Below are positions 1 through 9,235 of a DNA stretch of 64,000 bases, one piece after another. A model generated the notes under the pieces. The model was not told where the DNA came from, searched no databases, and saw only the letters and a list, made by a program, of their open reading frames with translations. The DNA lies in the NCBI GenBank assembly GCA_963740085.1, contig CAVUCU010000007.1, positions 64,001-128,000 on the forward strand, written 5' to 3'. Each line of letters begins with the position of its first letter. The first letter of the stretch is position 1. Source of the stretch: Nitrospirota bacterium. GTDB lineage: Bacteria > Nitrospirota > UBA9217. A program made the translations under genes and the position numbers.

Positions 1-235
1 GAATTATATTCCGTACAATCCGGACTTGAGCCGAACGATTGGAAACCTATGCCCAGTAATAGGACGCGGGGTCAAGGAAATCCGTATTCACGTCCTGGGA
101 GAATGGCGCATTATTTATGTGACAAAGTTCGAGGACGCGGTATATGTCCTCCATTCGTTTCAAAAGAAGAGCAAAAGAACGAATCAAAACGATATTGAAT
201 CAGCTCGCAAGCGATTCAAGCAAATTGGAGGGTAG
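1..235 (+). pseudogene. RelE/HigB-like toxin (Gp49/DUF891-like), 5'-partial, with an apparent +1 frameshift at ~58
   Basis: Frame 1 reads ELYSVQSGLEPNDWKPMPS; the next frame continues IGRGVKEIRIHVLGEWRIIYVTKFEDAVYVLHSFQKKS. Removing one A at 58-59 joins them. Lies directly upstream of an HTH antitoxin. Confidence 0.75.
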
Positions 236-239
236 TATT

Positions 240-524
240 ATGAAAGAACCTATTATTAAATCATCCGGCAACGTATTTCTTGATCTCGGGTTTTCCCCTG
301 AGGACGCCGCAATTCTTCAGATGCGTTCTGAGATCATGGCTGATCTTCGGAAGTTCATCAAGAACAAAAAGCTGACGCAAGCAAAAGCGGCTGAGATTCT
401 TGGCGTTAGTCAGTCCCGCATCTCTGATCTTACAAGAGGCAAATGGGAGAAGTTCAGTTTGGAAATGCTTATCGCTCTTGCGACTAAGGCAGGCATGCGT
501 ATCAGTCTCAAAAGAGCCGCATAG
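240..524 (+). CDS. HigA-like XRE-family HTH antitoxin
   Basis: MKEPIIKSSGNVFLDLGF...LTQAKAAEILGVSQSRISDL; GGAGG RBS before ATG 240. Confidence 0.85.
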   Translation: MKEPIIKSSGNVFLDLGFSPEDAAILQMRSEIMADLRKFIKNKKLTQAKAAEILGVSQSRISDLTRGKWEKFSLEMLIALATKAGMRISLKRAA

Positions 525-529
525 ACATG

Positions 530-587
530 ACTTAACAAGTCGTTCGAGCCCCGCGCTTTACAGCGCGGGCTCAACTCGTCGATATGT
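530..587 (+). repeat. Degenerate integron attC-like site 1
   Basis: ACTTAAC-AAGTC-GTT(C)GAGCCC(C)GCGC-TTTACA-GCGCGGGCTCAAC-TCGTC-GATATGT: RYYYAAC start, imperfect hairpin with extrahelical bases, GTT core mutated to GAT. Confidence 0.6.
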
Positions 588-675
588 GCAAAATAAATAC
601 TAAAATAATGAAGAAAATAGCCCTGGTGCTGATATGTCTTATCGTTCTAACAGCAGAGACGGGAGGAGTCTATCT

Positions 676-1335
676 ATGTCTAAATGCAGAAGCGGATTAA
701 GGCTTTTTTTGCTGATCATAGTCGTGCTCACAGTCGGTGTGCCGATATTGACGCATCCGGCACATGCTGCGGATACGACCGAAGCTGCTATGCAGGATTA
801 TGAGGCGACTATCCGTAAGGCCGAAAACTACTTTTCGGTCGGCAACTATTTCGAAGCGGTCCTCAGTTATGAGCGTGCCCGACGGGTTGCCTACAATAAC
901 AAGCTTCGGACAGACACTGCTGCGCTCGAAAAGAAGTTGGCCCAGGCCCGTGATGCGCGCGACGGCAAGCTGCCGGTCGGCGGATCTCAATCTTCACCTG
1001 GATCAATACCGCAGAGAGCAGGAACTGGCCCGGCTGGCGTTTCTGTTTTTGCCGAGCTGACAACTTCGCGCGGCAGCGTTCCCTGGGTCCTGACAGCCCG
1101 CGACGTGCCGAAGGGTAACAAACTAAACTTTGGACCGTATGATCCCGCATCGCGCTGGGACATCTCTAATCCGTTTCTTCGGCATGATGCACGCTTCTTC
1201 AGTAATATCTGGAACGTGGCCTGCACTGCGGACGGGACCATCTATCTCGGCGCGGAAAGCGTCGTTCCGGCTGAAGAATTCCGGCGCATGCCGCGGGCAA
1301 ACCGCGACTGGTATAGTGGCGTAAGAGAACATTAA
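676..1335 (+). CDS. Secreted protein with a TPR-like helical hairpin and the start of an NHL-like repeat; probably 3'-truncated
   Basis: GGAGGAG RBS; signal peptide ending PAHA-A; AENYFSVGNYFEAVLSYERA; NVACTADGTIYLG; abrupt GC drop at the stop. Confidence 0.55.
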   Translation: MSKCRSGLRLFLLIIVVLTVGVPILTHPAHAADTTEAAMQDYEATIRKAENYFSVGNYFEAVLSYERARRVAYNNKLRTDTAALEKKLAQARDARDGKLPVGGSQSSPGSIPQRAGTGPAGVSVFAELTTSRGSVPWVLTARDVPKGNKLNFGPYDPASRWDISNPFLRHDARFFSNIWNVACTADGTIYLGAESVVPAEEFRRMPRANRDWYSGVREH

Positions 1336-1405
1336 TGTTCGTTGTAAATTTTTTAGTAAAATGATAAGATAATACAATGTTATTCACGGTAAAAGGAGGC
1401 AATGT

Positions 1406-1627
1406 ATGCGCGTTAAAGACCTTCCCGAAATATCAAAATTAAGCACACCTGAAAAGATACTGCTGGTCGAGGATCTTTGGGACAATATCTCTGCAGATGA
1501 CGCTTCCATACCTGTGCCAGAAAGCCACAAAGCCGAACTCGATAAACGTTACAGACGATTTCAATCTGCGCCCGGCACCCTCCTGTCTCTTGATGATCTC
1601 AGAGCGAGAGTAGAAAAAAGGAAATGA
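1406..1627 (+). CDS. Putative addiction-module antitoxin (TIGR02574-like)
   Basis: LSTPEKILLVEDLWDNI...HKAELDKR motif; AAGGAGG RBS; ATGA overlap with the toxin. Confidence 0.85.
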   Translation: MRVKDLPEISKLSTPEKILLVEDLWDNISADDASIPVPESHKAELDKRYRRFQSAPGTLLSLDDLRARVEKRK

Positions 1628-1935
1628 CGTACACCCTTCGCTTTCTGCCAGAAGTCGAAGATGATGTTATCAGCGGCTATTCATGGTATGAATCGAAATC
1701 GCCGGGACTTGGAGAAGATTTCCTTCGGATGTTTTATGCCTGTGTCGGGGATATTCCCAGAAACCCCCTCATGTACCACAAAGTTCATCACGAATTCAGA
1801 CGTTGCCTGCTCCGGCGCTTCCCTTATGCAATCTATTTCATAATCAACGACAATCAAATTATCGTAACTGGCCTCTTCCATGGTGCCCGTGATCCCAGTA
1901 CTATCGAGTCGATGCTGAGGAACCGAAAAGCGTGA
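1624..1935 (+). CDS. ParE/RelE-family toxin
   Basis: LRFLPEVEDDV...WYESKSPGLGEDF...RRCLLRRFPYAIYF...FHGARDP. Confidence 0.85.
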   Translation: MTYTLRFLPEVEDDVISGYSWYESKSPGLGEDFLRMFYACVGDIPRNPLMYHKVHHEFRRCLLRRFPYAIYFIINDNQIIVTGLFHGARDPSTIESMLRNRKA

Positions 1936-1938
1936 GTT

Positions 1939-1994
1939 TTTTAACGAATCGTTCCACGCCGACCGCTTCGCGGCGTGTGAACTCGTCATTGTCC
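1939..1994 (+). repeat. Degenerate integron attC-like site 2
   Basis: TTTTAAC-GAATC-GTTCCACGCCGACCGC-TTC-GCGGCGTGTGAAC-TCGTC-ATTGTCC, 3 bp after the toxin stop; same layout as 530-587. Confidence 0.6.
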
Positions 1995-2232
1995 TGACTA
2001 CGTTTACAACGTCCGTCTGGTGTTCCTCGAAACGAACTCGGACGCGAAAGCGCGGAAGGACAGGGTAAGACGATAGCGCAAAGCAAAACGAGCTTTCCGA
2101 AAGGCGCGCTGTTCCATTGCCGTTATTTATCCCCGAGAGTCTCTACCGGGGATCAAGATGAAACGAAATAGATGACTCTCACCCTGCCCTGTTCCACAAG
2201 GGGAGAAGATAAAGGCGGATACATCCTCGACC

Positions 2233-3012
2233 ATGGAACACGATTTCTGGCTCATCCTCTTTGGTTTTCTCGTCGGCGTCTTCGGCACCATGATCGGCGC
2301 CGGCGGGGGCTTCATCCTGACACCGGTCCTTTTGCTGTTATATCCTCACGACAGCACGGACACCATCACGAGCATATCGCTCGCGGTGACCTTCGCCAAC
2401 GCTTTTTCCGGCACCATCGCCTATGCGCGCATGAAGCGCATCAACTACAAGTACGGGCTGATCTTTTCGGCCGCCGCTGTTCCCGGTGCAGTGCTGGGCG
2501 CAATGGCGACCTACTATGTCCCGCGGAGCGTCTTCGACCCCATCTTCGGCGTAGTGCTTCTGGCGATCGCGGCGGTCATAATCGTCAAGCCGCCCCGGGA
2601 GCATGACGGGGACGGGAACGGTCAGGTGCATCTGTCGCGCCGGCGCCTTCTCCTCGGCATCGCGATCAGCGTCGGCGTGGGCCTTGTCTCGAGCTTCCTG
2701 GGAATCGGCGGCGGAATTGTGCATGTCCCTGCACTTTCGACCATCCTCGGCTTCTCCGTGCACATGGCCACGGCAACGTCGCACTTCATTCTTGCCATCG
2801 TGACCGCAGTCGGCGTCCTGGTGCACATCGCGACCGGGACCTTCAATCACGGCGTGGTGCGTACCGCGTTCCTTGTTACGGGAGTCCTGCTCGGAGCGCA
2901 GCTGGGCGCTCTTATCTCATCGAAGGTGGAAGGAAAGTCCATTATCCGCGTGCTGGCGGTGGCCCTTGCGCTCGTCGGGGTCCGACTGCTGTATCTGTCT
3001 GTTTCCGCATAG
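2233..3012 (+). CDS. Sulfite exporter TauE/SafE (TSUP) family membrane protein
   Basis: Multiple TM helices; two repeats GAGGGFILTP and GIGGGIVHVP; ATATS motif. Confidence 0.9.
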   Translation: MEHDFWLILFGFLVGVFGTMIGAGGGFILTPVLLLLYPHDSTDTITSISLAVTFANAFSGTIAYARMKRINYKYGLIFSAAAVPGAVLGAMATYYVPRSVFDPIFGVVLLAIAAVIIVKPPREHDGDGNGQVHLSRRRLLLGIAISVGVGLVSSFLGIGGGIVHVPALSTILGFSVHMATATSHFILAIVTAVGVLVHIATGTFNHGVVRTAFLVTGVLLGAQLGALISSKVEGKSIIRVLAVALALVGVRLLYLSVSA

Positions 3013-3074
3013 CATAACTGGAGTTAATTCATATCAAATAATTTGTCGAAGAAGCTTTTCAACAGGACGCCGGC

Positions 3075-3692
3075 ATGCTTCATATGGACAAAACCATCTT
3101 CTCGGATACCTGTGATCTTCCCGAATGGCACCACGGGCGTCAGGACTACTCCGTCTGGCTCATTGAACTCAGCAGTATGGAGGTTTCTCAAAAAGTCCGC
3201 GATGCGAGAGAACATCTTTCCGAATTCCTCATCCAGCCCTATCAGCGACAGCCGCATATTACGATCTTTGTCTGCGGCTTTTTAGCCGATACCGCGCGTT
3301 ACGCTGACGATTACAGCGTTGAGCAGTTCGAACGCCATGCGCAGTTGTTGAGGGCGGCGGATTTTAAGCCCTTTACCGTGGAGATCGGGGGACTGAACAG
3401 CTTTGCTTCTGCGCCATATCTGGAAGTCGCTGATCCGGAGGGCGGGATAGAACGTTTGAGGACCCTCTTCCTGGCCAATGGATCGGAGATCGCCCGAAGC
3501 ATGACATATGCTCCCCATGTAACCATTGGACTTTACGCGGCAGCATTTCCGGGCAGCGTGGTGTACGAGAGAATAGCTTCTTTCCCCAGGACGTATTGCA
3601 AACATGCCGTGGATCGGGTGACGTTTGCGACCTATCGGCCACAGGAAACGGCCGGGGAACTAACGTGGCGGCATGTAGTTGCCTTTCTTTGA
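3075..3692 (+). CDS. 2H phosphoesterase (2'-5' RNA ligase superfamily)
   Basis: Two HxT motifs: PHITIF and PHVTIG. Confidence 0.8.
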   Translation: MLHMDKTIFSDTCDLPEWHHGRQDYSVWLIELSSMEVSQKVRDAREHLSEFLIQPYQRQPHITIFVCGFLADTARYADDYSVEQFERHAQLLRAADFKPFTVEIGGLNSFASAPYLEVADPEGGIERLRTLFLANGSEIARSMTYAPHVTIGLYAAAFPGSVVYERIASFPRTYCKHAVDRVTFATYRPQETAGELTWRHVVAFL

Positions 3693-4019
3693 AATCAAGC
3701 GGGCTACATCTGCATTTGCTGGAATGCCGTGAATTGCCTTGCGCGAGCTTTGAGCCGCAGAGGAAGTATCTCCCCTTGATACCGCTAAACGCGAAGATGG
3801 TCAGACGGCTCTGCGCTGGATACTGATGTTCGATGCCGTGACCTGCGCCTTCCCGGGAGCAAAGCGCCTGACACAGACAGAAGACAATATCGCTTCCCCG
3901 TCAATCGAAGGCGGTCCTTCCGCACAACATCCGCACAGCATGCTCTTGACAAACGGCCTTCATTGTCTTACTCTATACCTGCTTCAGACGAGAATGAACC
4001 TCAGGTATAACCCAATAAT

Positions 4020-5354
4020 ATGAACCCTATCTGTATAGTAGACGACGAATCTTCCATTTGTTCCACGGTAGCCAGCATCCTGAAGGACGAGGGATATCAG
4101 ACCATCGCATTTCCGGATGCGGAGAGCTTCTGGCAGGAACTCGATACCATGGAGCCCGCTCTCGTCCTGCTGGATATCTGGCTTCCCGGCATAGACGGAA
4201 TGCAACTCCTGAAACGTCTTCATGGCCGATTGCCCGCGCTCCCGGTCATCATGATGAGCGGACATGCCGGTATCGAGGCGGCGGTTGCCGCCATAAAGGC
4301 CGGTGCCTATGATTTTTTGGAAAAACCGCTGCACCTCGAGGTTTTACTCGACAAGGTGGAGTCTGCGCTTAAGCACAGCCCTTCCGTGAGCGGCGCAACC
4401 CTGCCGTCGGATACGAGGCTCGAGATCGTCAGCACCGACCTTTTGATGCCTCCCGGCATGGTGGACGTGGTGGATTCCCGCGAACCTCAGCGCACTCTCA
4501 GAAGGAATGTGGTCCTTAACGGCATAGGGCTCCTGAGCGGCCGGAACACCGGTATCATCCTGACCCCCCTCGGGATCAACGAAGGGATCATCTTTCAAAC
4601 TCTTGACGGTCAAACCATCCGTGGACATGTCACTTCCCTTGAGGATTTCTCCCGAAAAGTCCTGTCAAAGACCTTCGCCGCCAACTCCACCACACTGGAC
4701 AACGGGAGGCGGCGGGTGCGCACGGTTGAACATCTGATGGCGGTTCTTTCGATGTACGGAATAACCAACGTGCTCATAAAGGTCGACGAGGAGATCCCGA
4801 ACATAGACGGCTCCGCCATGGGTTTTTGCGGCCTCATAGAAGAGGCCGGGATAGAGGAACAGCCCGCCTTCACCAGGGTTGCGGTCATCCGTCAGAAGAT
4901 AGGGGTGGGAAACGAGGAGAAGCATGAAAAACACGTCTATGCAGAGCCCTTTGAGGGGTTCGAGATATCGATGCGGGTCGACTACCTTCCACCCATAGGC
5001 GAACAGGTCCTCACGTTCAATCCCGAAAAGGCGTCTTTTGCAAAGGAGATCGCCCCTGCCCGCTCCTTCAACACGTTTGAGAATATAGAAATGGCCCAGA
5101 AACTTGGAAAGGTCGGCGGCGGATATCTCAATTCGCACATCATCATGTACGATGGCAAGGTCATCAACACGGAGCTTCGTTATCCCGACGAATTCGTTCG
5201 CCACAAGATATTGGATCTGATCGGAGACCTCTACCTCCTCGGCTTCTCCATCAGAGGACGCTTTACCGCCAATATGACCTCGCACGGTTACAATCAGGCC
5301 ATGGTGGAACGCCTGTACCAGGCTATCCAGAGCAGCTCCGGGAAAAGACCGTAA
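4020..5354 (+). CDS. lpxC: Response-regulator receiver domain fused to UDP-3-O-acyl-GlcNAc deacetylase (REC-LpxC)
   Basis: N-terminal IVDDE, LLDIWLPGIDG, MMSGH, FLEKP; C-terminal QRTL...GIGLLSG, TVEHLMA, EIPNIDGSA, EIAPARSF, EFVRHKILDLIGDL. Confidence 0.92.
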   Translation: MNPICIVDDESSICSTVASILKDEGYQTIAFPDAESFWQELDTMEPALVLLDIWLPGIDGMQLLKRLHGRLPALPVIMMSGHAGIEAAVAAIKAGAYDFLEKPLHLEVLLDKVESALKHSPSVSGATLPSDTRLEIVSTDLLMPPGMVDVVDSREPQRTLRRNVVLNGIGLLSGRNTGIILTPLGINEGIIFQTLDGQTIRGHVTSLEDFSRKVLSKTFAANSTTLDNGRRRVRTVEHLMAVLSMYGITNVLIKVDEEIPNIDGSAMGFCGLIEEAGIEEQPAFTRVAVIRQKIGVGNEEKHEKHVYAEPFEGFEISMRVDYLPPIGEQVLTFNPEKASFAKEIAPARSFNTFENIEMAQKLGKVGGGYLNSHIIMYDGKVINTELRYPDEFVRHKILDLIGDLYLLGFSIRGRFTANMTSHGYNQAMVERLYQAIQSSSGKRP

Positions 5355-5397
5355 ACAACCGTCATCTTTATTGCCCGCCCGCCATCAATCCGTCATT

Positions 5398-6165
5398 TCA
5401 GAATTGGAAATATTTCGTCTGGCCCTTCCCCACCGGCCTCGCAGTTTTCAACATCTTATCCACAAACTGTTTCGCCTTTTCCACAGCCTTTTCCACAGGC
5501 AGTCCCCGGGCTATGAACACGGTTATTGCCGAGGAAAGTACGCACCCGGTGCCGTGAAACTCACCCTTTCGGCGCGTTGTGGAGAAGCTGAGCACGGTTT
5601 TACCGCCGTATAAGGTATCGGTAGCGGGACCATACCCATGCCCTCCCTTGATCAGCACGTACGCCGGCCCCATGTCGAGGATCTTTCCGGCGGCGTAATC
5701 CATGTCCGCGTCTTTTCTGATCAGCATCTTTGCGAGGGTTTCTGCCTCGGGAATATTGGGTGTCACGATCAATGCCCGGGGGAGGAGTGCTTTCTTGAAT
5801 GAAGCGAGCGCGGCGGGCTGAAGCAGTGCCTTGCCTGAACTCGATCTGAGCACGGGATCGACCACGAGGTTCTTGATATTGTACTTTCCGAGGACCGCAG
5901 CCACGGCTTCCACATTCTGTCTGGTCAGGATCATTCCGGTCTTGACCGCATCAGGCCTGATATCCGACAACAGCGCATCGATCTGCTGCAACAATACCTT
6001 TGGTTTGATTGCGTGCGTCGCTGATACGCCCCTGCTGTTTTGGATGGTAAGCGCTGTTGGAATGGCCATGCCGAAAACGCCGAGGATTTGAAAGGTCTTC
6101 AGGTCTGTCTGAATACCCGCGCCCGAGGAGGGGTCGGAACCCGCTATGGAGAGGACTTTGATCAT
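5398..6165 (-). CDS. thiD: Hydroxymethylpyrimidine/phosphomethylpyrimidine kinase
   Basis: LSIAGSDPSSGAGIQTDLKT, TPNIPEA, IKGGH, HGTGC. Confidence 0.95.
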   Translation of the reverse strand: MIKVLSIAGSDPSSGAGIQTDLKTFQILGVFGMAIPTALTIQNSRGVSATHAIKPKVLLQQIDALLSDIRPDAVKTGMILTRQNVEAVAAVLGKYNIKNLVVDPVLRSSSGKALLQPAALASFKKALLPRALIVTPNIPEAETLAKMLIRKDADMDYAAGKILDMGPAYVLIKGGHGYGPATDTLYGGKTVLSFSTTRRKGEFHGTGCVLSSAITVFIARGLPVEKAVEKAKQFVDKMLKTARPVGKGQTKYFQF

Positions 6166-6173
6166 AATTTTCG

Positions 6174-6254
6174 AGAAGTCAGGAGCCAGAATCCAGAAGT
6201 CAGAAAAAACCAGATGTCCGTTTTCCTGACTCCTGACTCCTTACTCCTGTCTCC
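6174..6254. repeat. Inverted pair of degenerate heptamer tandem arrays (AGRAGTC / TCCTGAC)
   Basis: AGAAGTC AGGAGCC AGAATCC AGAAGTC ... TCCTGAC TCCTGAC TCCTTAC TCCTGTC. Confidence 0.8.
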
Positions 6255-6263
6255 CCTGCTTCT

Positions 6264-7115
6264 TTATTCCAATTTGAGCTTGATCAACTCAAGCGGGTCC
6301 ACCTTCGCGCCTTGCAGGCGCACGCCCCAGTGCAGGTGGGCGCCGGTAGCGCGGCCGGTGGAACCGACGAGTGCTATAACATCACCCTTCATGACTGCCT
6401 GCCCGTACCGGACGTTGATCTTCGAGAGATGAAAGAACATGGTGTAGATCCCCTGTCCGTGATCGAGAACAACACTGTTCCCCGAAAAGAACTGGTCATC
6501 AACCAGCACCACCACCCCGTCATTGGGCGCCAGCACCGGGTCTCCCTCGTCCGCCGTAATGTCAACTCCCGAGTGAGAATTCTTCGGAATTTTATTGATG
6601 ATCCTTCTGACGCCGAACGGGGTGCCGATCTTTTTCCCCGGCAGGGGGTCGATGAAGTTCCCCTTCCAGAAGCGCGCCGAGTCGACTGGCCATATGGCAG
6701 ATGTCTTTTTCTGGTCCCGCTCCGCTCTCGCCTCGTTCTCGGGCGAGAGGACCACCATGTCCTTGGGCAAGGTGAGCCGCTGGATCGGATACCTCTTCTT
6801 CCTGATTTTGATTTTTTTCAAAATCTTCTTGCCGTTGCTCATGACCTCAAGCGGATAGACCCCCGGCTCTCTGTTCAGGTCGATGCCGAGAACGGCCTTA
6901 TAGGAGGTCTTCGCAATATTAAAGTAAACCTTCTTGCCATTGAACGTGCCTTCCACCGGTCCGGCAACATTCGTGACTACGACGGTGACGATATCACCGG
7001 GACCGATCTGTTTCGGCTGTATAATGATCGTTGGCGGCGCACCGGTCGCAGCGCGAGCAAGGACGGGAGAAATAACCAGCGCAAAAATGAGTAAGATGTT
7101 CTTCAATGTCTTCAT
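6264..7115 (-). CDS. M23 family metallopeptidase, secreted
   Basis: Signal peptide; HSGVD and HLH zinc motifs. Confidence 0.9.
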   Translation of the reverse strand: MKTLKNILLIFALVISPVLARAATGAPPTIIIQPKQIGPGDIVTVVVTNVAGPVEGTFNGKKVYFNIAKTSYKAVLGIDLNREPGVYPLEVMSNGKKILKKIKIRKKRYPIQRLTLPKDMVVLSPENEARAERDQKKTSAIWPVDSARFWKGNFIDPLPGKKIGTPFGVRRIINKIPKNSHSGVDITADEGDPVLAPNDGVVVLVDDQFFSGNSVVLDHGQGIYTMFFHLSKINVRYGQAVMKGDVIALVGSTGRATGAHLHWGVRLQGAKVDPLELIKLKLE

Positions 7116-7135
7116 ACCTCGGCCCTTCTTACTTC

Positions 7136-8458
7136 TTACTTCTTACTTATGGCCTCTGTCTTCTTTTCCCTGTCTTCTTTCTTCAAATATTTGCTCACGC
7201 CCTTCATGGAGCAGAACTCGCCGCACATGCTGCAGACGTCTGATTCCTGCGGCAGGCTTGACTCGCGCAGCTTGCGCGCCCGTTCAGGATTGATCGAAAG
7301 CTCGATCTGGCCTTTCCAGTCGAGCGCTTTGCGCCGGCGTGCCATCTCGTTGTCCCAGTCCATCGCGCCCCTGACACCCTTTGCGATATCCGCGGCATGA
7401 GCGGCAATGCGCGACGCGATCACGCCCTCGCGCACGTCCTCAAGGTCAGGCAGACGCAGGTGTTCGGAAGGAGTAACATAGCAGAGAAAATCCGCGCCGG
7501 CGGCTCCGGAGATCGCTCCGCCGATGGCCGAGGTGATGTGGTCGTATCCCGGCGCCACATCCGTAACGAGCGGACCGAGCACGTAGAATGGAGCTCCCTT
7601 GCACAGTTCTTTTTGAATTTTGATATTGGTTTCAACCTGGTTGATCGGGACATGGCCCGGTCCCTCGATCATCACTTGCACACCGGCTTCGTGCGCCTGG
7701 TCGCGCAGTTCTCCAAGGGTGATCAGCTCCTCGATCTGCGCCCTGTCCGTAGCATCGGCGAGACAGCCGGGCCGCATACCGTCGCCGAGCGAAAGGGTCA
7801 CGTCGAACTTCTTGCAGATCTCGATCAGCCGGTCGTACTGCGTGTAGAGCGGGTTTTCCCTTCCATTCACGACGATCCATTCGAGGTGGAACGCGCCGCC
7901 GCGGCTCACCACGTCCATGATCCTGCCCTGGCGCTTGAGCCGCTCCACGCTCGCGATGGTCACGCCGCAGTGCACGGTCACGAAGTCCACTCCCTCTTCG
8001 GCCTGCTGCTCGATCACGCGGAACAGCACCTCGGGGTCCATCTGTACGATCGATTTGCCCTGAGCCACGGTCTCGACAGCGGCCTGGTAGATCGGCACGG
8101 TGCCGATGGAAACCGTTGACTGCTTCAGGATCTCCTTTCGGATCTCGATGATCGGGCCGCCGGTCGAGAGATCCATGACCGCGTCGGCCCCGGCGGAAAC
8201 CGCGACCTTGAGCTTCGCGATCTCGTCATCGATCGACATCCGGTCCCTGGATGTACCGATGTTCGCATTGACCTTGGTTCGCAGACCCTTCCCGATCCCG
8301 AGCGGGGTGATCGACGTATGCCGGTTATTCCGGGTAATGACTATCGTCCCGTTGACAATTCCGTTCAATATATGTTCAACACTCACGCCCTCGGCCCTGG
8401 CCACCGCTTCCATCTCGGGAGTGATGTTGCCTTTTCGCGCTTCGAGTATCTGCGTCAT
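7136..8458 (-). CDS. thiC: Phosphomethylpyrimidine synthase (short-form ThiC)
   Basis: MTQILEARKG start; KVNANIGTS, SRGG, EGPGH, APGYDH, CSMCGEFC; within the TPP-controlled operon. Confidence 0.93.
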   Translation of the reverse strand: MTQILEARKGNITPEMEAVARAEGVSVEHILNGIVNGTIVITRNNRHTSITPLGIGKGLRTKVNANIGTSRDRMSIDDEIAKLKVAVSAGADAVMDLSTGGPIIEIRKEILKQSTVSIGTVPIYQAAVETVAQGKSIVQMDPEVLFRVIEQQAEEGVDFVTVHCGVTIASVERLKRQGRIMDVVSRGGAFHLEWIVVNGRENPLYTQYDRLIEICKKFDVTLSLGDGMRPGCLADATDRAQIEELITLGELRDQAHEAGVQVMIEGPGHVPINQVETNIKIQKELCKGAPFYVLGPLVTDVAPGYDHITSAIGGAISGAAGADFLCYVTPSEHLRLPDLEDVREGVIASRIAAHAADIAKGVRGAMDWDNEMARRRKALDWKGQIELSINPERARKLRESSLPQESDVCSMCGEFCSMKGVSKYLKKEDREKKTEAISKK

Positions 8459-8498
8459 AGTACACCTCGCTCCGTTTTTTAACCTGGTCCGATCCCGT

Positions 8499-9176
8499 TC
8501 ACCTGCGGCCGCACTGAACACAGATAGACCTGTCGACAATACGCACCATGTTGACGGTGTTCTGCGCCGCCTTCCGTATATCCTCCGCGCCAAAGATCGC
8601 TGAGATCATGGAAACACCATAGGCGCCGGCCCACAAGACATTGCCGATGTTCCTTCCTCGTATCCCGCCCAGAGCGAATATCGGGATCGAAACAGCTCTC
8701 TTTACGCCTCTTAGTGCCTCCAGCCCCACGGGAGCGCCGAGCTTCACTTTTGACGGCGTTTCATAGATGGGCCCGAACGTAATGAAATCAGCGCCTTCAC
8801 TCTCGGCAACAACCGCCTCGTCAACCGTGTGCGTTGATGCTCCGATCAGCATCTTCGTGCCGACGATATTCCTGACCGCTGACGGCGGCATACTCTGATG
8901 ACCGAGGTGGACGCCGTCGGCCACTGCTGCCACGGCAATGTCCACATGGTCATTAATGAAGAGCAACGCGCCAAATTCGTTCGTCAGCGCCCTCATCTCC
9001 TGCGCAAGGGCGAGCAACTCTCTGACCGGAAGGTCCCGCTCCCGCAGCTGTATCGCATGAACGCCGCCTTGAAGCGCCAGTCTCACCGCATCAGGAAGAG
9101 GCATCTTTGTCTGCTGACGGTCTGTAATAAGATAGAGGTTGAAATCAACGGCCAATGGACCCTCCGCAATAGGCAT
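8499..9176 (-). CDS. thiE: Thiamine-phosphate synthase
   Basis: LYLITD, IQLRE, DGVHLG, GASTH, GPIYETPSK, ALGGI. Confidence 0.93.
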   Translation of the reverse strand: MPIAEGPLAVDFNLYLITDRQQTKMPLPDAVRLALQGGVHAIQLRERDLPVRELLALAQEMRALTNEFGALLFINDHVDIAVAAVADGVHLGHQSMPPSAVRNIVGTKMLIGASTHTVDEAVVAESEGADFITFGPIYETPSKVKLGAPVGLEALRGVKRAVSIPIFALGGIRGRNIGNVLWAGAYGVSMISAIFGAEDIRKAAQNTVNMVRIVDRSICVQCGRR

Positions 9177-9235
9177 GGAGCAGAGGGCATAGTGAAGTGC
9201 TTCACGCTATACTCTCTCCGCTCGCGCTTTGATTC

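Noticed and set aside
2003-2128. Third, longer attC (TTTACAAC...GTTATTT)
   Set aside because: The ends are suggestive but I could not build a convincing L-box hairpin.
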